Shown one piece after another: positions 1-10,991 of a DNA stretch of 42,501 nucleotides; within the stretch, counting starts at the first letter, position 1, and the number at the start of each line of letters is the position of its first letter. The notes below the pieces were generated by a model. The model made no database searches. It was not told the DNA's origin and saw nothing but the letters and a program-made list of their open reading frames with translations. This DNA is from Octopus bimaculoides. Its lineage: Eukaryota. Both the position numbers and the translations under genes were made by a program. Where the stretch lies: the NCBI RefSeq assembly GCF_001194135.2, contig NC_068983.1:163384183-163426683 (forward strand), in the 5' to 3' direction.

Positions 1-96
1 GGTTTGGCTTATTGTGGGTGTTTCTGTTGTTATAATTGTTGCTGCAATAAAGTATCTTCAATGCATTGATTTTGAGCTCTATCCTTTAAGAGACAT

Positions 97-98
97 GT

Positions 99-174
<76 letters not shown>
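97..174. repeat. Compound microsatellite (AT)n-(GT)n
   Basis: Directly visible dinucleotide runs. Confidence 0.97.
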
Positions 175-175
<1 letters not shown>

Positions 176-271
176 CGTGTGTTAGCCTTGAGGGATATAT
201 TATCCTGACTGATAGTGTATCAGCTCTCACTTAAGTTTCAGTCACCGGCTAACCACAATAATCAGTGCCTA

Positions 272-303
272 ACAATTGTGACTACAATTGTGACTACAAT
301 TGT
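272..303. repeat. 12-bp tandem repeat ACAATTGTGACT x2.7
   Basis: Units start at 272, 284 and 296 (partial); each contains the palindrome ACAATTGT. Confidence 0.9.
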
Positions 304-712
304 TAGTAATTCCCTGAATTCTTCCCATGGATAATTCCGTGTACTCTTCGCTGGACGCTAAAAATTGTTTCGAGTGTATATTAATATATGCAGTGGAAAT
401 ATGTGTAGGCTGTTATAAAGAGTAGTATGTGTGCGTGGTGTCTGTGTGGCTGTGTTTATGTAAAGAATTAGATGTGAGAAATCGAATATAAATACACCTG
501 TTTTGTTTTTTAGAGATTCCTGAAATATGATGTAATACCAAGGTTGTCAAATGTGGAACGTGACTGTCACTAAATAAATCTGATGTAAGTACTAGTTTAT
601 TTTAACATTGTAAAATTGTAAATATTGCAAATATTAATACATGAAAATCAGTCTCACTTCGAATTTCATCGATTAATGTTTATATGTATATATATATATT
701 TATATATATTAA

Positions 713-918
713 GAAAAAAATTTAAGGTAAAAAATGCTAAAATAATTTTATCATGAAAAAAATTTTAGTACCGGTACCAGTTATTGAGACTTTTTCAGCT
801 CAAAGTATGCAAAACAATTAAATTTTCGAAAAATTAAAAGAATAGTTAAAAAAAAAATATTTAAATAGTATTCAAATACAAGGGACATTTTCCCTGTTTC
901 TGTCTGTGTCTCTCGTAT
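713..918 (-). mobile_element. Short dispersed repeat, probable Penelope-like terminal repeat (family P2, copy 1)
   Basis: Colinear similarity with 2341-2575 (AATAATTTTATxATGAAAAA..TTTTAGTACCGGT..AAAGTATGxAAAACAATTAAATT..AAGGGACATTTT); the minus strand carries a decayed hammerhead-like motif at 762-806. Confidence 0.6.
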
Positions 919-1024
919 TTCTTCTTCTTCTTCTTCTTCTTCTTCTTCTTCTTCTTCTTCTTCTTCTTCTTCTTCTTCTTCTTCTTCTTCTTCTTCTTCT
1001 TCTTCTTCTTCTTCTTCTTCTTCT
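919..1024. repeat. (TTC)n / (GAA)n microsatellite, at least 35 units, runs into a gap
   Basis: Directly visible. Confidence 0.98.
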
Positions 1025-2064
1025 NNNNNNNNNNNNNNNNNNNNNNNNNNNNNNNNNNNNNNNNNNNNNNNNNNNNNNNNNNNNNNNNNNNNNNNNNNNN
1101 NNNNNNNNNNNNNNNNNNNNNNNNNNNNNNNNNNNNNNNNNNNNNNNNNNNNNNNNNNNNNNNNNNNNNNNNNNNNNNNNNNNNNNNNNNNNNNNNNNNN
1201 NNNNNNNNNNNNNNNNNNNNNNNNNNNNNNNNNNNNNNNNNNNNNNNNNNNNNNNNNNNNNNNNNNNNNNNNNNNNNNNNNNNNNNNNNNNNNNNNNNNN
1301 NNNNNNNNNNNNNNNNNNNNNNNNNNNNNNNNNNNNNNNNNNNNNNNNNNNNNNNNNNNNNNNNNNNNNNNNNNNATATATATGCATGCTACGCATGTGT
1401 CAAATATTCTACTCAAAAGGTGAAAAAAACTTTTCAAAAACAAAAATAATTCTTACATTTAAACGTCTTCACGATGAAAAAAAAATCCCTTAATATTTAT
1501 TCAGAAAGATTTTCTAATCTTTCTGCATAGCATATCTTCATATTTGGTTCACAGTTCCTCCTGTTATTACCCAAAATAATTTAATGATAAGACGTGCATG
1601 TTAAGTACATTTGCTTCTACTATAGAATACCATTAGCAGAATTTTCTGTAGTTTCGTAAGAATCAAGAGAAAAAACATTTATCGATTTTTTTCCTAGCAG
1701 TTATTATGCAAAGTGTTTATAGTTAGATATTGCTACTCTTTCTACTAATATTTCATGAAGCTATCATTTCCTATATTTGACAGATCTTACATTTTTCGAT
1801 ACGTTAATATTTAATATTCCGGTTTGGTCTGTTTATTATCTTTGTTAAACTCGTGCTCTAATACCTATTGCGTTGTTACTTTCCGTTCAACCATATTCCG
1901 GCTCGTCTTTTACATATAATTGTTCTGTACTACATCAAGAACTTTCTATTGCAGCAATCTTTAAGAATTATAGCTATTTCAAAATAGTTATACCAACCGA
2001 GTATTTCAAATTATACAAAGAGGTACACACCACACAAGCAAAAATACATGCAAGCACCAATATA

Positions 2065-2168
2065 CACATGCAGTCCAGGCACCTTGGGCAAATGTCTTCT
2101 ACTATAGCCTCAGGCCAACCAAAGCCTTGTGAGTGGATTTGGCAGACGGAAACTGAAGGAAGCATATA
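2065..2168 (+). mobile_element. SINE family A (tRNA-type head, CORE-like domain), central fragment
   Basis: GGCACCTTGGGCAAATGTCTTCTACTATAGCCTCAGGCCAACCAAAGCCTTGTGAGTGGATTTGGCAGACGGAAACTGAAGGAAGC matches the copies at 32100 (+) and 41101 (-); cut by a gap. Confidence 0.85.
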
Positions 2169-2340
2169 NNNNNNNNNNNNNNNNNNNNNNNNNNNNNNNN
2201 NNNNNNNNNNNNNNNNNNNNNNNNNNNNNNNNNNNNNNNNNNNNNNNNNNNNNNNNNNNNNNNNNNNNNNNNNNNNNNNNNNNNNNNNNNNNNNNNNNNN
2301 NNNNNNNNNNNNATATATGTATGTATGTATGTATATGCAT

Positions 2341-2575
2341 ATGAGGAAAATAAGACAAGGTAGAAAATACTCAAATAATTTTATGATGAAAAACATTTTA
2401 GTACCGGTTTCAGTCTTCGCTACTTTTTCAATTTAGAATAAAGTATGAAAAACAATTAAATTGTGGAAAAATTAAATGAAATGTCTTTAAAAATATATAT
2501 ATATATATTTCTATGGTTTTCAAATGTAAGGGACATTTTCATTTCTTCTGCCTGTCTCTATCTCTCACTTTTACT
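2341..2575 (-). mobile_element. Short dispersed repeat, probable Penelope-like terminal repeat (family P2, copy 2)
   Basis: Second copy of 713-918; contains a hammerhead-like motif at 2395-2445 on the minus strand. Confidence 0.6.
2395..2445 (-). ncRNA. Minimal type I hammerhead-like motif, U3-A8 core (stem I disrupted in this copy)
   Basis: Minus strand reads TTGAAAA AGTA-GCGAA-GACT GAAA CCGG TA CTAAAAT: core, stem II, GAAA, palindromic tetraloop, UH site. Confidence 0.45.
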
Positions 2576-3093
2576 CTTGTGGGTTCTAGGTAGTTAGCAG
2601 CAGCTAGTTTGATATGAAATCTTGTCTTTGATTGTTGAAGCAGTAGTAGTAGTAGAGACAGGAGGCAGCTGTGAGAAAGAAGAAGAAGAAAAGAATGCGG
2701 GAGTGGTATGACAGTAGCAGGATGTTGATGGAATCCACTTACATGGTCAGGTGACCTAAAAGTGACTCGTTGTGGATGATAGTAGTGATTGAAATTGTTC
2801 TGAATGAATTCTTGAGGTGACTGTTTTGAATATATCGTTTTTAATATTTGCGCTGGTGTTATTCTAAGGTCCTGGTAACAGTGCCATTTGCTGCGGATGC
2901 GTTCAAAATGGGTTTATATTTTGTGATAAAGAATCACTCTTTACTAATACGCTGACTTCATGTTGTATCGTCCCTGAATTGATAGAGGTGAAAGATTCTG
3001 AGGCTTGGTTGTTTGTTATTGGTGCAAATATTTTTTTGCATCGAAGCTTGCCGATTAGAGAATATGGTTATTTCAATTTAAATAATAAGGGTA

Positions 3094-3124
3094 AAATTGA
3101 TATTAATTAGATTAATATCAATTT
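3094..3124. repeat. Perfect 14-bp hairpin with 3-nt loop
   Basis: AAATTGATATTAAT TAG ATTAATATCAATTT. Confidence 0.9.
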
Positions 3125-3183
3125 AAACCAGTGGCCTAGCATATTGGAAAAAATCTGAAAATTCAGAAAATTATATTACATAC

Positions 3184-3777
3184 ATATAAGAGGAATGACC
3201 ACTAGGTAGATTCCTAATATGCTAAAGGTAGACACCATATGGTCTGACCCCTAAGAAAAAATTGAAAAAAATTGTTCTCAAGAAAATTCGGCAAATGCCA
3301 GAACGTAAAACGAACAAGACAAATGAAAAGATATAAAATATAGTGATTAGTCACATACCATGGTTTCATTGTTACCATTTACATTACGTAAGTGTCTGCA
3401 AATCCTTATTTTCTGCAGAGTCTTTTCTGGCTTCGGCGCGCCAAAACGAAGACGTGTGAAATATACCCCCAAATATAATTGATAGTACTGTATGCTTATT
3501 CTCTCTCGGGAGGACGTCTCGTGTATAGTTCTGCAAATTATATTTTCCATGACGGTCACAACGAGGATTTGCAGACATTTACGTAATGTAAATGGTAACA
3601 ATGAAATCATGGTATGTGACTAATCACTATATTTTATATATTTTCATTTGTCTTGTTCGCTTTACGTTCTGGCATTTGCCGAATTTTCTTGAAAACAATT
3701 TTTCCAATTTTTCTTGGTGGTCAGACCATATAGGGTCTACCTTTACCATATTAGGAATCCACCTAATGGTCATTCCT

Positions 3778-3784
<7 letters not shown>
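3184..3784. mobile_element. Fold-back / MITE-like element with about 220-bp inverted arms
   Basis: 3184-3406 is the reverse complement of 3564-3784 (about 90-95% identity by eye); 157-bp non-coding spacer; termini TA-AGAGGAATGACC...GGTCATTCCTCT-TA; the right end runs into (TA)n. Confidence 0.85.
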
Positions 3785-3824
<40 letters not shown>

Positions 3825-4784
3825 CGTACGTATGTATGCGTGTGTGCTGTGTCTGTGTGTGTGTTGTGTTTGTGTGTTATGTATGTGTGTATGTATGTGT
3901 GTTGACTCTTGGCCTAATATCACCTCGAATTACGTGCGGAAGGTGGTATGTTCATATCTGCATAGACTTCCCGATGAGAACGTAGTTTCCTATGAATTAT
4001 ATGAGACGCAGGGAAGAGAAACAAGATCAGATGGTAGTGAAATGTCCCAGTTGTAGTAGCAGAAGCCGAGATTCTGTCGAGAAACAAAACATAACGAACG
4101 AGAGCAGCAGGAAACACTCCTGGGGTGTATACTATGTAATTGTTCTGTGAGAGTGTTCTGAATATTTATGTTGTTAGATGGCAGACATGTGGCTCCACTG
4201 GCATTATGGTTGCTGGTAGATCAGTCTGTATTGAAAAAAAAGTGTGTAAAAGATATAAAATTATCGAGAAAGCCTAAGGGAGAAGATGTAGTTTATACAA
4301 AAAATAAGAACCATCGACGCAAACATCTGTGGAAAGCAATCCCTCTATAGAAAAACTTGGGCATAAAATATCATTCTGCTTCTAAGCAAACCAATTGTTT
4401 GAGTTAGTTAATCACGTGTATAATCACGAATTTTGTAGCAAAATATTCCGTTCAGGACAAGGTTAGTTCGAATCCGTCCATTAAACGCAAACGTCAAGTG
4501 CTTTTTATCCAAAACAATGGTTTAACTAATTGTAGAATGTGGCGTCGCCACTGTGGCATGTTTCCTGATACAATGTGTCTGCTGGTTTCTAAATAAATGA
4601 CTAGACATGTTACTTCCATATGCAGATTTGCTTTGCAGATAACAATCCTACAAGTATAATAGAAAAATATGCGATTATTGCCAAAGGTCCTCCGAAACCT
4701 ACGTAAATGTGGTCTACATTTAAACAAGAGACCAGAGATAATCGAGAACTGTAAACGCTATTTCAGAATCATCATATTAGGAAC

Positions 4785-4869
4785 ATACAAACAAACATAC
4801 ATACGTGCATACATACATACATACATACATACATACATACATACATACATACATACATACAAATATACA

Positions 4870-4908
<39 letters not shown>
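4785..4908. repeat. (TACA)n then (TA)n microsatellite
   Basis: Directly visible; precedes a gap. Confidence 0.95.
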
Positions 4909-5645
4909 NNNNNNNNNNNNNNNNNNNNNNNNNNNNNNNNNNNNNNNNNNNNNNNNNNNNNNNNNNNNNNNNNNNNNNNNNNNNNNNNNNNNNNNNNNNN
5001 NNNNNNNNNNNNNNNNNNNNNNNNNNNNNNNNNNNNNNNNNNNNNNNNNNNNNNNNNNNNNNNNNNNNNNNNNNNNNNNNNNNNNNNNNNNNNNNNNNNN
5101 NNNNNNNNNNNNNNNNNNNNNNNNNNNNNNNNNNNNNNNNNNNNNNNNNNNNNNNNNNNNNNNNNNNNNNNNNNNNNNNNNNNNNNNNNNNNNNNNNNNN
5201 NNNNNNNNNNNNNNNNNNNNNNNNNNNNNNNNNNNNNNNNNNNNNNNNNNNNNNNNNNNNNNNNNNNNNNNNNNNNNNNNNNNNNNNNNNNNNNNNNNNN
5301 NNNNNNNNNNNNNNNNNNNNNNNNNNNNNNNNNNNNNNNNNNNNNNNNNNNNNNNNNNNNNNNNNNNNNNNNNNNNNNNNNNNNNNNNNNNNNNNNNNNN
5401 NNNNNNNNNNNNNNNNNNNNNNNNNNNNNNNNNNNNNNNNNNNNNNNNNNNNNNNNNNNNNNNNNNNNNNNNNNNNNNNNNNNNNNNNNNNNNNNNNNNN
5501 NNNNNNNNNNNNNNNNNNNNNNNNNNNNNNNNNNNNNNNNNNNNNNNNNNNNNNNNNNNNNNNNNNNNNNNNNNNNNNNNNNNNNNNNNNNNNNNNNNNN
5601 NNNNNNNNNNNNNNNNNNNNNNNNNNNNNNNNNNNNNNNNNNNNN

Positions 5646-5912
5646 CAGAAACAATTCCTATCATAGTAGGTGCCTTAGGTATAAGAAAAAAAATATTCAG
5701 ACAAATACATAACAAAAACACCAGGACTTACAAATATATATAACATACAGAAAATTGCACTACTGGGCACTGCACACATCCTACGCAAAACACTGTCAAG
5801 ACAGTAACCATAAGAGCACCACAGCAGACCACAGCACATACCCAAGGCGCACAGAGCTGCACTCGGTAGTGAAGTGAAAGCACGTTATAAAAATAAAACT
5901 ACTGAACAACAA
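5646..5912 (+). mobile_element. 3' end of a REL-endonuclease LINE (R4/Dong-like)
   Basis: With one frameshift reads ETIPIIVGALGIRKK/YSDKYITKTPGLTNIYNIQKIALLGTAHILRKTLSRQ*, the typical C-terminus of this group; short 3' UTR then (AAC)(AAT)n. Confidence 0.85.
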
Positions 5913-5926
5913 CAATAATAATAATG

Positions 5927-5976
<50 letters not shown>
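5905..5976. repeat. (AAC)n-(AAT)n microsatellite
   Basis: Directly visible. Confidence 0.95.
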
Positions 5977-6148
5977 TACCATCATGATCATCCATGAATT
6001 GAATTTCTGAATATTTTAATATATCGCTACGCGCTCTTCCACAAATCACATTTTTTATGACCATAGTCGGCATTCCTGGGATGATTACAATGCAATATGC
6101 AATACCTATGGGCATCAGGTGGGTCTTTGTTCATGCGTTCGTACCATC

Positions 6149-6231
<83 letters not shown>

Positions 6232-6291
6232 ATTATTATTATTACTATCATTATCATCATCACCATCATCATCATCATCATCATCATCATT
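6149..6291. repeat. (ATT)n-(ATC)n microsatellite
   Basis: Directly visible. Confidence 0.95.
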
Positions 6292-6780
6292 TCTCTTTAT
6301 CACATGTTTTGTTGGAGCTCCTAGAGTCATGTATGCATAGCAAGCTTGCTACCTGAAGCTTACGGTACCATGCTACTCTTTCTTTTCAGACATCAAATTA
6401 CTTTGCTGAGTATTCTGTCCATGCCAAAGAGGCAAACCTTTTGTAACCGTACTACCGGGCACTCTATTCCAGTTTCCTTTATATTCCTCTTGATGCCTTC
6501 TGATATTCTTCCTAAGGACCCAACAATAATTGGCACTATCTTCACCTTCTTCATTTTCCATAGCCGGGCTATTTTGTACTTAAAAGGGTTGTATCTATCT
6601 ATCTTTTCGTCTTCCTTCTTGACCATTCGTGGGCCCAATGAGCAAGCAATGTCAACTAAATAGCATATGTGGTGCACCTTATCCACCACCACTAGATCTC
6701 TCCTGTTATGCTCTAGCACCTGATCCGTTTGGATTGGGAAATCCATCAGGATTTTGCTAGAGTCCAGCTACGTCACTCTC
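6292..6780 (-). mobile_element. 5'-truncated REL-endonuclease LINE (R4/Dong-like), endonuclease domain remnant
   Basis: ORF 6393-6746: DFPIQTDQVLEHNRRDLVVVDKVHHICYLVDIAC..KEDEKIDRY..VKIVPIIVGSLG..LQKVCLFGMDRILSKVI, a decayed PD..D..K REL motif (RPD changed to RRD); AAT-type repeats on both sides. Confidence 0.9.
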
Positions 6781-7614
6781 CATTATTATTATTATTACTA
6801 TTTCTATTGTGCCTTATATCGGCACAGCTCGGTACGATCCCATAAAACAGCTGTTTCATGTTGGAATCACGAGGCCGTAGCCGACATGATAAAACAGGAG
6901 CTTTTATATGCATGCTCAACGACGTTTCTCGTAAACGAACTTAAATGATATATATNNNNNNNNNNNNNNNNNNNNNNNNNNNNNNNNNNNNNNNNNNNNN
7001 NNNNNNNNNNNNNNNNNNNNNNNNNNNNNNNNNNNNNNNNNNNNNNNNNNNNNNNNNNNNNNNNNNNNNNNNNNNNNNNNNNNNNNNNNNNNNNNNNNNN
7101 NNNNNNNNNNNNNNNNNNNNNNNNNNNNNNNNNNNNNNNNNNNNNNNNNNNNNNNNNNNNNNNNNNNNNNNNNNNNNNNNNNNNNNNNNNNNNNNNNNNN
7201 NNNNNNNNNNNNNNNNNNNNNNNNNNNNNNNNNNNNNNNNNNNNNNNNNNNNNNNNNNNNNNNNNNNNNNNNNNNNNNNNNNNNNNNNNNNNNNNNNNNN
7301 NNNNNNNNNNNNNNNNNNNNNNNNNNNNNNNNNNNNNNNNNNNNNNNNNNNNNNNNNNNNNNNNNNNNNNNNNNNNNNNNNNNNNNNNNNNNNNNNNNNN
7401 NNNNNNNNNNNNNNNNNNNNNNNNNNNNNNNNNNNNNNNNNNNNNNNNNNNNNNNNNNNNNNNNNNNNNNNNNNNNNNNNNNNNNNNNNNNNNNNNNNNN
7501 NNNNNNNNNNNNNNNNNNNNNNNNNNNNNNNNNNNNNNNNNNNNNNNNNNNNNNNNNNNNNNNNNNNNNNNATATATATATATATACATTATTTACATTA
7601 TTTGCATTTGACCG

Positions 7615-7760
<146 letters not shown>

Positions 7761-7813
7761 ACGATATCAAAAAATACCTTAGGAATGAGAATCCAGGTTC
7801 GAAATATCCCCAA

Positions 7814-7860
7814 GACACCTGATGAAGGCTGGAGGGTATATCAGCCGGAAACATTGCGTT
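7814..7860 (+). ncRNA. Hammerhead-like motif (family P1), mutated copy
   Basis: GACAC CTGATGA A GGCTG-10nt-CAGCC G GAAA CA TT GCGTT; one extra G and two substitutions relative to the 23637 copy. Confidence 0.5.
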
Positions 7861-9475
7861 AACAACAAACAAGATGAGGAGAAATATCCGTCAAATGTAA
7901 ATAATGTGAATTATGTACATAATTCTTCATCTCTTAAATATAAAACAGATACACATACATATATATATATAAATATATGTGTGTGTGTATGTCTGTCTGT
8001 CTGTCTGTCTGTATGTATGTATGTTTGTATACATGGACCAGGGTACTGTATGCTGTGTGTATGTGTTTATAGTATCTCGCTTTATCGAATGCCAGACCTT
8101 CCTATTGTTACACCAGCACAAATAAATTCTTCGCCATCGTTTTACAAGCTTTATTTCATTGCATTTAATCCATTCTCCTTATAAACAATTGTTTCCCGAG
8201 CCAGTGGCAACTTTCTTACTCTATGGTTTTAATTTGTTATGAGATTGTTCATTTTATTTTGATGATTATTTTCATTTCCTAACAATATTTGTCATCATCA
8301 AAGATAGTTTGGCTGAACTGGAAATAAAATAAATTTCAGTAATAGAATCCTACTTCATTAATTCTAGTAATTGTACCGGTGGGGAATTACAAACATGAAA
8401 ATATTCCAATTTTCATCTCCTATTAAATCCGTACTTTCTTATTTAGTTAAGGAAAATAAATATATTCCAGTGATATTTCCTTACACCAACTACTTGAAAA
8501 AGTGATTACGTATGCAAGATTGGCAAAGAACAAAGGTCTCTGTTGGTAATTAGGCCACACAATCGTCCGTTAGTTGTCAAGTGTGTAGAAGAGATAATGT
8601 TCTTATAATTAATGTTAAATAACGAATAAAGCGAATCAGACAAAGAGCGATATATTCTAATGAATGGCTGCATAGATAAATGGCCAGATAATTTATATTT
8701 CCAAAGATATCACACTGATAATCAGACTCGAACATCTTTTATACTAAAGAGAAGTATACAATGGCGTATGTCATTGCACGAACGCCTCGTTTCTTCATAT
8801 GCAATTAAGAATTTTCCCTCTATATTTATTTTCATGTCTCTTCATGTCTCTTCATGCGAAAATAATATTTAACATCATATATAAACACACACACATACAC
8901 ACACACAAACACACACACATACATATATCTATCTATATATATGTATATATATGGGAGTGAATTTCAAAATATATTGAATGTCTATTCCTCATATGGAGAC
9001 CACACATGCAAACACTCGTTCCTTCACAAACTGGCATGTAGATATATATATATATTAATAAAAATAGAGGATAATAAACAAGGTATTTAATAGATAATCG
9101 AACTAAATCGACAGTTAATTTTGATCAATAGATAAATAGATATACGCAGAGACAAATGTGAATGTAGTCTGAAAGACAGAAAGTTAGATAAACAAACTAA
9201 ATGATAAATAAACGAGTTTATATTACGTTTTTTATTCTCGGAATATATATAAGATATCGTATTTACGGGTGCAAGTATTGATGTGATATTGGTTTGTTTA
9301 AAAGTAAAGTATATACTGCCTTTGTGATAATCGACATTGTAATATGAACTATTGGCAATCATTAAGCGTATAAAATATCCATATTATATATAAATATATA
9401 TAAATATGCATGAATAGATATATATATGTATATCTGTATATATGTATGTAGATATATATATATATNNNNNNNNNN

Positions 9476-9736
9476 GTAGACGGAAACTGAAAGAAGCCCG
9501 TCGTATATATGCATATATATGTATAAGTATGTGTGTGTATGTGTCTGTGTATGTCCCCCAACATCGCTTGACAACCGATACTGGTGAGTTTACGTCCTCG
9601 TAACCTAGCGTTTGGCAAAAGAGACTGATAGAATAAGTACTAGGCTTACAAAGAATAAGTCCTGGGGTCGGTTTGCTTGACTAAAGGCGGTGCTCCAGCA
9701 TGGCCACAATCAAATGACTGAAACAAGTAAAAGAAT
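9476..9736 (+). mobile_element. SINE family A, 3' two-thirds including internal microsatellite
   Basis: GTAGACGGAAACTGAAAGAAGCCCGTCG..(TA/TG)n..CATCGCTTGACAACCGAT..AAGGCGGTGCTCCAGCATGGCC..TGACTGAAACAAGTAAAAGAATA; shared with four other copies in the window. Confidence 0.9.
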
Positions 9737-9924
9737 ATATATACATATACATGCATGTATGTATATGTGTGTGCGTGTATGTCTGCATATGCGTACTTAT
9801 AAATACACACACATATACGTACTTTTATATATATATATACATATACAAGTCAGTAAATAGTGGGGTTGTGTTAACCGCACGTGGAGAAATAATAGGAAAA
9901 TGAAAAAAAGCCAGAATGCTGAAC

Positions 9925-10100
9925 TGGGAGCATAATTTAATAAAGATTTTTTTCTAACCGGTTTTCATTGCGATGAAGCAAATTATCAAGAAGAAGGAGA
10001 ATGAAAATGTTTTTTTACAAAGAAGTACAAAAAAGTACAAAATGAAGAAAATAATATATAAAACAATAATATATAAAAAAAATAAATATACCCATACATT
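9925..10100 (-). mobile_element. Probable Penelope-like terminal repeat remnant (family P3)
   Basis: T-rich leader on the minus strand ending in a hammerhead-like motif; single copy in the window, boundaries approximate. Confidence 0.4.
9947..9997 (-). ncRNA. Minimal type I hammerhead-like motif with U3-A8 core
   Basis: Minus strand: CTTCTTC TTGATAA T-TTGC-TTCATC-GCAA-T GAAA A CCGG T TA GAAAAAA; stem I pairs 5 of 6, stem II 4 bp with a U.U closing mismatch, stem III 2 bp with a CCGG palindromic loop. Confidence 0.55.
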
Positions 10101-10239
10101 ATATTGTCTTTGAGCTTTTGTAGTTCAATAGTAGTTCTACATATACATATATATATAAATATGTGTATGTGCACGCGCGTTTGTGTGCGTAATGTTATAT
10201 TATGCTAGACATAAAAAAAAAGGATTTAATTTCAAACTC

Positions 10240-10535
10240 TAGTGAAAATTTCCCATCAAAACGTCTGCCAAGTATCAATATAACAGGTCAGATATTGTAG
10301 TTTGGAGCAGAGAAGTAAGACTATGTATTGTCATAGAGGTCAGCTGTCCTGCTAAGGTGAACCTCCAACTTCTAGATCCCGATTATATGGACATATTTGT
10401 ACCAATAAAAAACTGGTGCACTTAGTTATGGGAGTAATAAACTAGTTTTTCCAGAAAAAGAAATCCATCATTTAACTCGCATATTACAACTACAATCTGT
10501 AAATGCAACAGTAAAAATATGCAAGACTTTAAAAG
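10240..10535 (+). mobile_element. Degraded REL-endonuclease LINE C-terminal fragment (clade unresolved), copy 1
   Basis: FPIKTSAKYQYNRSDIVVWSREVRLCIVIEVSCPAKVN|LQLLDPDYMDIFVPIK/TGALSY..PEKEIHHLTRILQLQSVNATVKICKTL; decayed PD..E REL motif with an internal deletion. Confidence 0.75.
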
Positions 10536-10559
10536 GTGAGATGCTTTTTGTTAATTACA

Positions 10560-10959
10560 TTCCAAAGATTGGTCTTTGTATCTTTATTAGAAACCAGCTC
10601 CTTCTTCAGAGGCAAAATTTAAATTAGTAAAAAGAGAAGACAATATACACACATGCAACATGAAAATCAACACGAAATCTTAGAAATACTTGGGTTTTCG
10701 AAGAAAGAGCTAAAGAATCTGACACTCATACTCCAAGCTTATTCTGTTAATAGCACAGTGAAGTCTAGCAAGACATTCTAAAAATTGTCTTTGTGAGATT
10801 CCGCAGATAAATAGATGCACACATGCAAATGTGTGGCATCGACAGCTAAAGCAGTGCAAACACATATTTACAAAGAGCAGGAACGCTCTTGTCTTAAAAA
10901 TTCTTGTCGCTTTGTCAGCGATCAGTTTGAACTTAAGCTCCAAGAAAAATCAAACATCA

Positions 10960-10960
<1 letters not shown>
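10560..10960 (+). mobile_element. Degraded REL-endonuclease LINE 3' end, copy 2
   Basis: ILEILGFSKKELKNLTLILQAYSVNSTVKSSKTF* parallels the end of copy 1; followed by a putative 3' UTR and (CATA)n. Confidence 0.6.

Positions 10961-10991
<31 letters not shown>

Noticed and set aside
2-97. Hydrophobic frame VWLIVGVSVVIIVAAIKYLQCIDFELYPLRD at the window edge
   Set aside because: Transmembrane-like, but the acceptor is outside the window, there is no good donor and no homology was recognised.
3420-3458. GTCTT..GGCGCGCC..AAGAC in the fold-back spacer as a decayed hammerhead
   Set aside because: Stems are present but no CUGANGA-like core on either strand.
4168-4785. Possible GIY-YIG or REL-LINE remnant
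   Set aside because: Only vague resemblance; no diagnostic motif could be read.
6800-6950. GAAACGTC on the minus strand as a hammerhead 3' half
   Set aside because: No core or stem II in the adjacent sequence.
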